Source of the DNA: an uncultured virus (IMG/VR IMGVR_UViG_3300031227_016742)
Lineage: Duplodnaviria > Heunggongvirae > Uroviricota > Caudoviricetes
Virus record (IMG/VR): IMGVR_UViG_3300031227_016742
Reading direction: 5' to 3' (one strand)
Length of the DNA stretch: 64,000 bases
Position 1 is the first letter of the stretch; each line of letters begins with the position of its first letter. Position numbers and translations under genes: made by a program. Below the pieces are notes generated by a model that had not been told where the DNA came from, searched no databases, and saw only the letters and a list, made by a program, of their open reading frames with translations. Positions 1 through 8,702 of this stretch are shown here, piece by piece.

Positions 1-810
1 ATGCGATTCCGCATCTTCTCCCTGATCTTCTTCCTCTGTGCCTGCACCACCGAAGACGCCGACGTCTCGAGCGAGGTCCCGCAGGAGACGCCAGTGGTCG
101 AGACCGAAGAGGTGGCCGAGGCCGTCACCGGCTGCCAGAGCGCGAAGAACGTCTGTCCCGACTACTCCGTCTACTGGGTCGAGGTCTGCCCCGAGAGCAA
201 GCGCTGTCTCTCCTTCCACAACGCCTCGGAGACCGAGACCGTCAGCCTCTCCTACCAGATCGGCTGCAACGGCGACGGCACCAGGGGTGCTCCCCAGTGC
301 GACTGCACCGCCGGCCCAGAGCTGAAGCCCGGCACCGACACCTTCTTCGTCATCACCGACGGCGACTACGAGAGCTGCCTGCCTTCCTGGCAGCCCCCCT
401 GCCTGACCGCGGGCCTGGCCGTGATGGCGAACACCGAAGGCGTGGACTGCACCAAGGGAACCCGCATCGGGCTGTCGGCCGGAAACAAGGCCGATGACTA
501 CGGCAAGTTCGACAGCTACGACATCGACGTGGAGAAGGACTTCTACTCCATCCCGGTGAGCTTCGCGCCCGATCTGGACTGTGCCGTGGACCACGCCAGC
601 CACGACTGCAGGCCCTTGTGGTGTGGCTCTGCAGACTGCCCCGATGCCTACGGCACCCCGACCACCGGCGCCTGCAAAGACGACCGCTCGCCCCAGGCCG
701 GCTGCCAGGACAGCTTCGGCCAGTCCAAGGGCTACACGGTCACGCTCTTCCCCGCGGACTGCACCGCCGAGAGCTGCCCCAGCTGCCAAGACGCCAAGCC
801 CTGCGAATAG
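1..810 (+). CDS. Cys-rich thaumatin-like (GH64/TLP fold) lipoprotein
   Basis: Signal/lipobox LCAC; FDSYDIDVEKDFYSIPV, CPDAY and YTVTLFP resemble thaumatin motifs DFYDVSLVDGYNLP, CPDAY and YTITFCP. Confidence 0.65.
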   Translation: MRFRIFSLIFFLCACTTEDADVSSEVPQETPVVETEEVAEAVTGCQSAKNVCPDYSVYWVEVCPESKRCLSFHNASETETVSLSYQIGCNGDGTRGAPQCDCTAGPELKPGTDTFFVITDGDYESCLPSWQPPCLTAGLAVMANTEGVDCTKGTRIGLSAGNKADDYGKFDSYDIDVEKDFYSIPVSFAPDLDCAVDHASHDCRPLWCGSADCPDAYGTPTTGACKDDRSPQAGCQDSFGQSKGYTVTLFPADCTAESCPSCQDAKPCE

Positions 811-909
811 GCGCGTAGCTACCCGCCACCGCCGTCGCGCCCCCTGTTGCCGAGGGCTCGAGAGCCCGAGATCCAAAAAGATGAAGCTTCGCGTCGACGA
901 AGAAACGTG

Positions 910-1821
910 TCAGGCGCGGCGAAGCCAAGCCCTGACCGTTTCGTAGTCGACGTGAAGCCTGCTCGTGTAGCACTCGGGGTAGTCGCTGCGTCTCTTCTGC
1001 CAGGTGATGTCCTTACGGGCCTTCTTCGCCCAGTCCTTGCCTGGGTTGTCCACGTCCCGCAGGTTCCCGATGCCCTTGAAGCCGGCCCCGTTGATGGTCC
1101 ACGAGCTGGCCTCGAGCGTCAGCATCTTGCCGGTCTTCGGATCCCAGTCGAGCACCAGGTAGCTGTGGCCCTTGGGCCAGCGGGTGAAGTCCTGCACCAG
1201 ATAGACCCCGTCCTTCGGTGCGGTCTTCTTGGGCTCGGGCACCATGGTGGCGAAGCCTGCCGCGACCGCAGCGCCCGGGCCATGGCTGGTCCCCTTGGAG
1301 CTCGCGTAGACCTGCCACCAGCCGTACAGGGTCGTGGTGATGGCGGTGTCCATAGCGTTGGTCACCAGGCTGCAGGTGAACAGGGAGCAGTTGGTGTACT
1401 TGGACCCGATGTGCCTCTTGGCGATGCACCGCTGAAGCCCCTTGGGGGCGATGGGCATCTGAGCGCCCTTTTGTTTGTAGGTCTGTGGGTGGTAACTGGG
1501 CAGCAGGCCGAGGAAGTCACCCCAGTCGACGAGGTCTCCAGAGATGGCGGGCGGCTCCAGCGACGGCTGCTCGATCCCCTCTCCGTCCTCGCCGTCCACC
1601 AGGTCCACGTAGTTGTGGCGGTGGCTGGACTCCACCACCCAGGATTCCTTGCCTTCGAACTCGATCTGGTACCAGTCGGTACGTGGGTCGTTGACGTCCT
1701 CCTGCTGCTTGACGAAGGGAAAACGTTTACCCTTCTGCGCCCTACCGAGTCTACGGCTGGAGGTGCTGGCGTCGTCGAAGACCGGAACGGTCTTCAGGAT
1801 CAGGGCCATGGTCTTGGGCAC
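910..1821 (-). CDS. SH3b-like domain plus Cys-His (CHAP/NlpC-like) peptidase, putative cell-wall hydrolase
   Basis: N-terminal ...DWYQIEFEGKESWV (SH3b-like); NCSLF, GHSYLV and LEAS motifs; GTG start with AGGAG SD. Confidence 0.55.
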   Translation of the reverse strand: MPKTMALILKTVPVFDDASTSSRRLGRAQKGKRFPFVKQQEDVNDPRTDWYQIEFEGKESWVVESSHRHNYVDLVDGEDGEGIEQPSLEPPAISGDLVDWGDFLGLLPSYHPQTYKQKGAQMPIAPKGLQRCIAKRHIGSKYTNCSLFTCSLVTNAMDTAITTTLYGWWQVYASSKGTSHGPGAAVAAGFATMVPEPKKTAPKDGVYLVQDFTRWPKGHSYLVLDWDPKTGKMLTLEASSWTINGAGFKGIGNLRDVDNPGKDWAKKARKDITWQKRRSDYPECYTSRLHVDYETVRAWLRRA

Positions 1822-1925
1822 GAGAATCTCCTGTTATGACTGTCACCTCGAGCATCGTAGCATAGAGCTCCAACGGTCGGCGGCGACAGCTGGCTTCATC
1901 GGGTGACCCAGGGTATCCTTCCGTC

Positions 1926-2498
1926 ATGGTCAACTTCGCCGAGATCCTGATGTGCACACCGCACCGTGAAGCGCGGCACAACGTCCTCTGGCGTCTATCC
2001 GGGCCTGTCTCGGCGATCCCCCAGAGGAACAGTCACCGTCACACCGAGCCTGTCTCCGGTGGCCTGTCCATCCAGATCGACATCGACCCGGACGACGGAA
2101 CGGTCAACGGCTGGCTGGTGGACGATGACGATGAGATGGTCGAGGACTCCTACGCCGAGGTCCGAACGATGTCGGCTACACAGCTGCAGCGGCTCTTCCT
2201 CGATGACTACTGCATCGACATCCCTGTGCAAGCCCTGGGCGATCCAGAGGATCGGGTCGGCTTCGTCACAGGGGTGGAGCTCCCCGATGAGCTTCGAGGG
2301 AGCGGCCTGGGGAAGAGGCTGGTGGACGCGGTGTTCTCGAAGTGCATCTCGTCTCTCTCGGCGCAGCGCATGTTTCTCGTCTCGGTCCACGGATCTGTGG
2401 GCTTCTGGGAAAAGATGGGGTTCTCCGAGGTCGAGTGGCCCGGGTTCTATTCCGTCGTTATGCCGCTTATGGTCAAAGGCGGAGAGGTGACGACGTGA
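1926..2498 (+). CDS. GNAT family acetyltransferase
   Basis: LRGSGLGKRLV acetyl-CoA motif and GFWEKMGF. Confidence 0.8.
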   Translation: MVNFAEILMCTPHREARHNVLWRLSGPVSAIPQRNSHRHTEPVSGGLSIQIDIDPDDGTVNGWLVDDDDEMVEDSYAEVRTMSATQLQRLFLDDYCIDIPVQALGDPEDRVGFVTGVELPDELRGSGLGKRLVDAVFSKCISSLSAQRMFLVSVHGSVGFWEKMGFSEVEWPGFYSVVMPLMVKGGEVTT

Positions 2499-4588
2499 CG
2501 AGCACGACCTTCGCGAGCATCCTGGCCTCCGAAAGTTCCCGTCGTGGCGCTCGCGGCGTGCTGCGCGAGCTGCAGGGTCAGCTCGGACAGCTGCGGCGCG
2601 CAGAGCCAGCGAACACCACCGGGTGGCTGAAGTGGATCGCCGAGACCTACGGCTGGCCCACGGCCAGGCTCACGGCCATCCTGCTGTGCTCTTATCCGCT
2701 CGACCCGGGGGTAGGGTTCACTCACCCATACCATCTGATCGGAGTCGCCTCGCCTCTGGCTGATCCCAGGGCTCTCGTGAACGACGAACGCTGGAACCCG
2801 ATGATGCGCTGGATCGGGAGAGAGCTGAACCGAGTGTGGGTCAGATCCCTGCGCATGGCCAAGCAAGGCGAGCTCACCCCTATCGCCAAAAAGTCGATCC
2901 TCGCCATCTCGAGCCCGGTTCTGCAGGTGAGCCAAGACCCGAACATGCTCGTGGGTGAGATGCTCGCTCTGGAGAGGAGGGCTATGGGCCCCCTCCGTGG
3001 AAACCTGTGGCTTCCGGGCGATCCGGGCGACATGGAGACCGAGATAGAGACCGAGTCGTTCCGTGACCTGCCCGAGATCCGCGACTGGCACAACGGGCTC
3101 CTTCCCACGCCGCAGCTGTCAAAGTTCACCATCGACACCGCGGCAGAGGCCGCTGAAGACTGGCACCATGTCCTGGGGGGCATCACCTTGCCGAGAGGTG
3201 CCGTGCGCCGTGGTGAGTTCGTCATGGTGCACCCGGACAGCGACGCGGAGGACGAGGACGGCTTCTGGACCATCCAGCGGCTGACCAGCAGGCACCAGTA
3301 CGAGGACGAGGGCAGCTACATGAGCCACTGTGTCGGCGGCGGTGGGTACTGGAGAGCCCATGAGCAGGGTGACATCGACATCTACTCGGTGCGCAACGAG
3401 AACGGCGATCCAACCATGACCCTCGAGGTGAAGCTCGATGCGGATGGTGAGCCGACCCATATAGTGCAGGTCAAGGGCAAGAACGACGAGACCCCCGTCA
3501 ACATCATCATGACCCAGAGCACCAGGACAGGGGACGACTGGGAGATGGTGCTCTCCGGGGCCAACGCGATCATCGAGCACCTCGAGAAAGAACACGGGGT
3601 AAAGCTCACGCGTGGGTCCGATGCCAATGAGCTGCAGCTGTTCACCGAGGGAGAGGGCTTGGCCAAGGTCATCGCCTCGGGTGACTTCGAGATCAACGAG
3701 GCTATTGGGCAGCAGATCTCCAGCATGATGGGAGAGGGCTACGACCCCGAGATCGTCGAGGCTTGGGCCAAGGCCGTGGAGGCCGGATACACAGAGGTGA
3801 TCGCTCCGGTGATGGCCTGGAACCAGGTCGCCATGTACAAGGACAAGCTGCCCGCCGGGATGCAGAACCTCGAAGACATCGTCTGTTCGGGCTCCGACCG
3901 CATCGACAGGAACGGAGGAAGCGACGAGGTTACCCCCTGGATCTGGCGCTTCGACAAGGTCATCTCCAGCTTCGGCGACGCTGTCCTGAAGGTCAGGGGC
4001 ATCATCGTTGTCGGGTATGCCACCGATGGTGACTACGACACGGACAGCCACTGGTTCTTGCTGGCGGACTCCGAGCTGCGCTTCGAGTCGATGGACGAGT
4101 CTTTCCAGACATCCGAGTACTCCGTGTTCGACGAGCACTACGATCCGGAGTGGCTCATCGGGCGGAAGTCCTACACCGCCTACACCTCCGACCGGGTCTC
4201 CCACTACATCAACTGGGATCCAGACAAGCTGCACCCCCGCTTCCCTGTCCGCAGCTCCCGCTGGAAGGAAGGAGATCGCATCGACCTGCATGACGTGGCG
4301 ATCGATGACTGGGAGGTCAAGTTCTCCGAGGTCGTCAAGAAGCTGAACGAGTGGTACCAGAAAGACTGCCTCTCCGAAGCCATGGAACAGCTCGGTGACT
4401 GGCAGCAGGCGGCTGTACTGGGAGCGTTCCCCAAGATAGACTCCGAGTGGCCGGAGATGTTCTCCGACACCGACACGGTCCTGAAACACAAGACCACCCC
4501 TGGGACCTGGCGCCCGGCTATCCCGGAGGACTGGGTGTCCGAAGAGACCAATCCACAGCGAAAGCTCTTTTTGTGGGACGAAGAATAG
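2495..4588 (+). CDS. PcfJ-like domain protein with N-terminal leader
   Basis: EG..MSHCVG, IYSVR, TLEV and QVKGKND motifs; GTG start overlaps the GNAT stop. Confidence 0.65.
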   Translation: MTSTTFASILASESSRRGARGVLRELQGQLGQLRRAEPANTTGWLKWIAETYGWPTARLTAILLCSYPLDPGVGFTHPYHLIGVASPLADPRALVNDERWNPMMRWIGRELNRVWVRSLRMAKQGELTPIAKKSILAISSPVLQVSQDPNMLVGEMLALERRAMGPLRGNLWLPGDPGDMETEIETESFRDLPEIRDWHNGLLPTPQLSKFTIDTAAEAAEDWHHVLGGITLPRGAVRRGEFVMVHPDSDAEDEDGFWTIQRLTSRHQYEDEGSYMSHCVGGGGYWRAHEQGDIDIYSVRNENGDPTMTLEVKLDADGEPTHIVQVKGKNDETPVNIIMTQSTRTGDDWEMVLSGANAIIEHLEKEHGVKLTRGSDANELQLFTEGEGLAKVIASGDFEINEAIGQQISSMMGEGYDPEIVEAWAKAVEAGYTEVIAPVMAWNQVAMYKDKLPAGMQNLEDIVCSGSDRIDRNGGSDEVTPWIWRFDKVISSFGDAVLKVRGIIVVGYATDGDYDTDSHWFLLADSELRFESMDESFQTSEYSVFDEHYDPEWLIGRKSYTAYTSDRVSHYINWDPDKLHPRFPVRSSRWKEGDRIDLHDVAIDDWEVKFSEVVKKLNEWYQKDCLSEAMEQLGDWQQAAVLGAFPKIDSEWPEMFSDTDTVLKHKTTPGTWRPAIPEDWVSEETNPQRKLFLWDEE

Positions 4589-4648
4589 CCAACAGCAGCC
4601 GACTACCGCTTACCGCTTACCGCTCACCGCTCGCTCGCCTTGCTCGCT
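4588..4648 (+). repeat. Heptamer-repeat intergenic element (TACCGCT)n
   Basis: TACCGCT x3, CACCGCT, then GCTCGC motifs. Confidence 0.85.
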
Positions 4649-4691
4649 CTGCCGGGACGAGGATCATCGTTTCGACAGAGTGAGCAAGAGG

Positions 4692-4720
4692 TTGCTACGT
4701 CCCGTGGCCGTGGTTACCGT
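4692..4720 (+). promoter_or_regulatory. Sigma70-type promoter overlapping palindromic operator
   Basis: TTGCTA-17-TACCGT; TGCTAC-GTCCC-GTGGCC. Confidence 0.6.
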
Positions 4721-4748
4721 CTCCGCACACCCATGAGCGGAGTCCAAC

Positions 4749-5327
4749 ATGTCCGAAGAGAGCGCCCCCCTCCCCCAGCCTGTCCTCGACATCCAGCGCA
4801 CCCAGTGGATCGAGCTGACCGGAGCCGACGACAACCGCCCACTGCGGCTCTCGTCGAACTCGATCGTCCGCTCCATCCAGAACGTCTGCGTCTCCGATAG
4901 CGATAGCCGCAGCCGGATCGAGGTGGCGTGGCCCATCTCCATGGGCCTGCTCGATGGCCTCGGTGGCAAGGCTCCGTCCGTCGGCATCTCGACCTACGAG
5001 GTCAAGGAGACGGTCGATGAGGTCATCGCCGCCATCGAGGGTGTCGGCAAGCGGGTCCGCAAGGCACGCCGAGACCTGGCCTGGAACCAGCACATCGCTC
5101 AGCTGCGCGCCGATCTGGCCGGCTACGGTGACGACGAGGAAGAGATCATGCCCGACATCCCGATGCCCTCCGGTTTCAGCCACCAGGGCCGAGCTCGCAT
5201 CCGCAAGATGCACCACAGGCACATGAAGGGCTCACTGAGCGGGATGATGCCCATGGGCCTCGAGCCCAGCTTCACCTTCGGTCCCGACAACGACGACCTG
5301 GACCTGGACCCGGGCGACTGCGGATAG
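4749..5327 (+). CDS. hypothetical protein
   Basis: ORF with GGAG SD and GC3-rich codons, downstream of promoter. Confidence 0.7.
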   Translation: MSEESAPLPQPVLDIQRTQWIELTGADDNRPLRLSSNSIVRSIQNVCVSDSDSRSRIEVAWPISMGLLDGLGGKAPSVGISTYEVKETVDEVIAAIEGVGKRVRKARRDLAWNQHIAQLRADLAGYGDDEEEIMPDIPMPSGFSHQGRARIRKMHHRHMKGSLSGMMPMGLEPSFTFGPDNDDLDLDPGDCG

Positions 5328-5377
5328 CGCTCACGACCGGCGGCTTCGTCTCCTGTTCCACCCGAGAGGATGTTTGG

Positions 5378-5794
5378 ATGTTCACCTTGACCTCACTGAG
5401 TCTCCCGCTCGAGACCGAGCGGCTGGTCCACCATGACGACGGTCCGTACAAGAGCGGTGAATGGATCTACTCGCCGGCAGATCTTCCGTCGCCCAAGAAC
5501 GAGCCTCCGTGGCCGAACATCAAGGCGCTGATCGTCAAGAGCAAGGACGGTGAACCCGTCAGGCTCAGATCGTGCAAGATCGGCGGGGGTGGCGAGCTGG
5601 TGAAGGTGCACGTCGGACTTGGAGCCAGCCATGAACTCCGCGGTCCTCCCTTCGACATCGTGTCCGGGAGAATGTACGTGTTCGAGAGGTTCCCGTTCGT
5701 GGGGGCCCCGAACCAGGCGATCGTGGTGCTCGCTGAGACCGATCGCATCGAGAGCGTCGAGCTGGTGTGCGAGCGACCTCCACCGCTGGATTGA
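5378..5794 (+). CDS. hypothetical protein
   Basis: ORF with GAGG SD. Confidence 0.6.
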   Translation: MFTLTSLSLPLETERLVHHDDGPYKSGEWIYSPADLPSPKNEPPWPNIKALIVKSKDGEPVRLRSCKIGGGGELVKVHVGLGASHELRGPPFDIVSGRMYVFERFPFVGAPNQAIVVLAETDRIESVELVCERPPPLD

Positions 5795-5823
5795 CCACTG
5801 CTCGTCCGTAGATGCTCACAACC

Positions 5824-5894
5824 AGCGAGCAAAGCGAGCTTTCAGAGAGCGGTAAGCGGTGAGCGGTGATCGGTAAGTGGCGAGCGCAGCTCGC
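5824..5894 (-). repeat. Heptamer-repeat/mini-hairpin element
   Basis: (AGCGGTR)n flanked by GCGAGC motifs and GCGAGC-GCA-GCTCGC hairpin. Confidence 0.85.
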
Positions 5895-6574
5895 TACACA
5901 AACGCGGGTCCGACATGCGACCTCGCCGGCATCAGTCCCTGTTCCCTAAGCGAGACGTAGCTCCCAGGCGTCACTACGATGTGATCGAGGAGCTCGACAC
6001 CGAGCGTCTTGCCCGCGTCCGTGCACCGCTGCGTCACCTCCACGTCCGAAGAGCTCGCCTCGGGCCTGCCGCTGGGGTGATTGTGGAACAGGATGACGGA
6101 GGAGGCTCCCAGGGCGATGGCGGGCCGGAAGACCTGCCTGGGATCGACGATGGTGTGAGCATCGTTGCCCTGGGTCAGGGTGCGCCTTCCGAGGACGTGA
6201 TGAGCTCGGTTCAAGTACAACGCGACCAGGGTTTCGTAGTTCTCGAGCCCCATCGCTCTGACATGTGCAACGGCCTCTTCAGCGCTGACGATCGTATCGT
6301 TCGCGGACAGCTTGCGGGTCGCCATGCGTCGGTACAGCTCACCGGCCGCCACCAGGCGGGCGTAGGCCGCTCCCTGGACGCCTGCTCCCTGGGCCACACC
6401 CAGGTTGTCGATGAGGGTCAGCCTCCCACCAGCCTCCATCAGCAGCCTCTCTGCGACCTCTCTGGGGGAGGCAGAGCCGGTGGATCCCGACAACAGCACG
6501 GACAGTAGATCCACGTCCGATGCGTCGTGGGGGTCGATGATGAACAGTCGTTTGTACAGCGGTAGGCTGGCCAT
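5894..6574 (-). CDS. radC: RadC family JAB/MPN domain protein
   Basis: SDVDLLSVLL N-terminus; VDPRQVF; HNHPSG..AS.SD; LLDHIVV. Confidence 0.92.
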   Translation of the reverse strand: MASLPLYKRLFIIDPHDASDVDLLSVLLSGSTGSASPREVAERLLMEAGGRLTLIDNLGVAQGAGVQGAAYARLVAAGELYRRMATRKLSANDTIVSAEEAVAHVRAMGLENYETLVALYLNRAHHVLGRRTLTQGNDAHTIVDPRQVFRPAIALGASSVILFHNHPSGRPEASSSDVEVTQRCTDAGKTLGVELLDHIVVTPGSYVSLREQGLMPARSHVGPAFV

Positions 6575-6687
6575 GGAGATCTCCTGTCGCTGACAGGGTA
6601 GCCTGACGGTGGGCTATCGCCCACCATGCGCCTTACGCTCTACACCCGTTCGCCACAGCTCACGCTGCCGGAACGAGGATCATCGTT

Positions 6688-6749
6688 CGCGAAGCTGACC
6701 GGCTGTTGGCTGTAGGCTGTAGGCTGTTAGCTGCTGACCAAAGGTCAGC
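6688..6749 (-). repeat. Heptamer-repeat/mini-hairpin element (GGCTGTW)n
   Basis: GGCTGTT/GGCTGTA x4, GCGAAGC and GCTGACC-AAA-GGTCAGC. Confidence 0.85.
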
Positions 6750-7186
6750 TACCATTCCAGCAGGTCCACCCCCCGCCGGCTCGCCTTGACCTGGCTGCGG
6801 CGTTTCTTCCCCTTGGCGCGCTGCTGCCCAACGGCAGGCCTTGGCGCAGCCTTCTCACGGGGTGGGTCGGGATGCAGGCAGGCCTTGACGATGTCGCACA
6901 GCCGCTGCCTCACGATCTGCTCGTTCCTGGACACGAGGCGACGTTTTTCGTGCATCAGCACCAGCTGACCACGCACGTTGACGTGGGATCGATAACGCTG
7001 TCGGATGCGAGCCTTGACGTCCTCCGAGACGGAGTCGTCAGCCGACATGTCCCAGTGCAGTCGGACCTTGGTCTTGTTGTGGTCCCGGTGCATCCCCCCG
7101 CTGCCGCTGGAGATTGCATAAGACCAGGCCAGGTGCCGGGTGGGGATGACGATCGTCTCGTCGATACGGATAGGTCCGCGGGCCAT
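6749..7186 (-). CDS. arfB: ArfB/YaeJ-like ribosome rescue factor homologue with GGM in place of GGQ
   Basis: SSGSGGMH..KV.L.W; G.LVL; R....RN; basic C-terminal tail KKRRSQVKASRR. Confidence 0.85.
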   Translation of the reverse strand: MARGPIRIDETIVIPTRHLAWSYAISSGSGGMHRDHNKTKVRLHWDMSADDSVSEDVKARIRQRYRSHVNVRGQLVLMHEKRRLVSRNEQIVRQRLCDIVKACLHPDPPREKAAPRPAVGQQRAKGKKRRSQVKASRRGVDLLEW

Positions 7187-7189
7187 GAT

Positions 7190-7256
7190 GTCTCCTGGTG
7201 AGGAGACCCTGCGCCTCCTCGGTTTATGTCGGGGTGAGGAGCGTGCGCAATCTCAT
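7190..7256 (-). promoter_or_regulatory. Putative translational attenuator with leader peptide MRLRTLLTPT (7224-7256)
   Basis: SD hidden in GTCTCCT-CACC-AGGAGAC hairpin; alternative pairings with GAGGAGGCGCA and the uORF segment. Confidence 0.65.
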
Positions 7257-7290
7257 GCGTGTCCGTTGCTCTCGCCAGGGGCGAGGTTGT

Positions 7291-7333
7291 GGGCTGATGG
7301 GCTGTTGGCTGTTGGCCGTGAGCGCAGCGAGCC
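7291..7333 (-). repeat. Heptamer-repeat element (GGCTGTT)n
   Basis: GGCTGATG-GGCTGTT-GGCTGTT-GGCCGTG plus GAGCGCAGCGAGC. Confidence 0.7.
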
Positions 7334-7429
7334 ATGGTGGTGGAGGCCCGGACCAGCAAAGGATTATGCCGGCCCGGACCCGAATAGGCTCCATCAGCAT
7401 AGCCACACAGGTATCGTGAGTCAAGAAGT

Positions 7430-7458
7430 TTGCCACCACCAGTAGAGATGGTTACCTT
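7430..7458 (+). promoter_or_regulatory. Promoter/operator upstream of tRNA
   Basis: TTGCCA-17-TACCTT; TGCCAC-CACCA-GTAGAG. Confidence 0.65.
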
Positions 7459-7469
7459 CTGTCGGGTAA

Positions 7470-7547
7470 GGGCTGATGGCCGAGTGGTCCAAGGCAGAAG
7501 GCTTTCAATCCTGAAGTGCGTGGGTTCGAATCCCACTCAGCCCTCCA
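7470..7547 (+). tRNA. Atypical tRNA (anticodon TTC/Glu or ambiguous TTCA loop; U73 discriminator)
   Basis: GGGCTGA/TCAGCCC acceptor stem, D-arm GCC..GGC, GTGGG-TTCGAAT-CCCAC T-arm, encoded CCA; anticodon stem poorly paired. Confidence 0.8.
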
Positions 7548-7623
7548 GATCCCCACTCAGCTCTCTATTTTTCGAACGACTCTTCCGTCGTTCCCACTCT
7601 GCGTCCGAGTCCAAAGAGCAAGA

Positions 7624-8148
7624 ATGATCCGTCCACACACGTACACCCCAGAAGAGCGACGCCACTTCGGCAGGCTGAAGGCCATGGGCGTCACCCTGCA
7701 GCCCGGTATGCATGTGCTGGACCTGCTCTACCCTCACCCGGACGAAGGCGGGGGCTCCCCTTGTGATCACATCGTCCTCACGACCTATATCGGGGGAGAC
7801 GGTTGCCACACGGGCCGGGAGAATGGGAGGGGCGGATCCTCGACGGTCACAGGCTACTACGTCCCAAAGCTGGCCCACCTCGAGACCTTCTGCGCCTGCC
7901 TGGCCGTCGCTGTCGCCCGTGGGGTCGAGTCCTTCCCCGTGAAGGGCTACAAGCACCGATACAAAGAGGTCGGAGGGCCAGGGGTCAAGGCGCTCCCCTA
8001 CTTCGACGATGACCAGTACCACGTGAACTACCTGGTCGGGGTCATCAAGCTGTGGCGGATGCCCGAGTGGAAAGAGCAAGTGATCGAGGGCCTCACCGAG
8101 GTGCTCATCCGCACCGCACCCAAAGACGAAGAGAGGACCGAGCCATGA
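7624..8148 (+). CDS. hypothetical protein
   Basis: ORF, start of coupled operon. Confidence 0.65.
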   Translation: MIRPHTYTPEERRHFGRLKAMGVTLQPGMHVLDLLYPHPDEGGGSPCDHIVLTTYIGGDGCHTGRENGRGGSSTVTGYYVPKLAHLETFCACLAVAVARGVESFPVKGYKHRYKEVGGPGVKALPYFDDDQYHVNYLVGVIKLWRMPEWKEQVIEGLTEVLIRTAPKDEERTEP

Positions 8149-8702
8149 ACGAACAGGTCAGCAACCACACGATGAAGCTTCTGCACATGCTGCCCTACGA
8201 GGTCGGTCAGACGCTGGCCAACAACACCGAGTACCCCACCGGCTGGCTGGTGGATAACAACGGAAAGGCCGTGGCCCGCTTCGAAGGCATGGCTGTCACC
8301 ATGCACGGGGACATCCGCATCCTGCCGGTGGACATCATGACCATCCTGGACGTCGCCGTGGGCATCGTGAACGACCAGCAGAAGACCACCACCGCGGCAT
8401 GGGAAGCCGAGAGCTACATCTTCGAGATTCTCTGGGGAAGTGACGCTGTCGGCCTGCGAAATGGAAAGCTGAAAGAACTGGAGCCGAGTGGAAGCATCAT
8501 GCAGACCACCGTCGGAGCCCAGCACTTCCCCTCGAAGGAAGACATGCGCCGCTGGATGGCCCTGTCCTTGCTGGCCCAGGCCTGTGGACTCGAGATCGCC
8601 GCACCGAACACCTGTTGGCGCTGCGGTGACACCCCCGAGCTCATCCCTGGCTACGGCTACACCTGTCCGTGCCGGCCGGGACCCGATACTCTCGAGGGAT
8701 GA
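8145..8702 (+). CDS. hypothetical protein with C-terminal CxxC...CxC
   Basis: ATGA overlap, GAGG SD. Confidence 0.7.
   Translation: MNEQVSNHTMKLLHMLPYEVGQTLANNTEYPTGWLVDNNGKAVARFEGMAVTMHGDIRILPVDIMTILDVAVGIVNDQQKTTTAAWEAESYIFEILWGSDAVGLRNGKLKELEPSGSIMQTTVGAQHFPSKEDMRRWMALSLLAQACGLEIAAPNTCWRCGDTPELIPGYGYTCPCRPGPDTLEG

Noticed and set aside
7470..7547. Genome-wide TGA recoding or tRNA-Sec
   Set aside because: TGA ends many genes with ATGA/TGATG coupling, and the tRNA lacks the long variable arm and extended acceptor stem of tRNA-Sec
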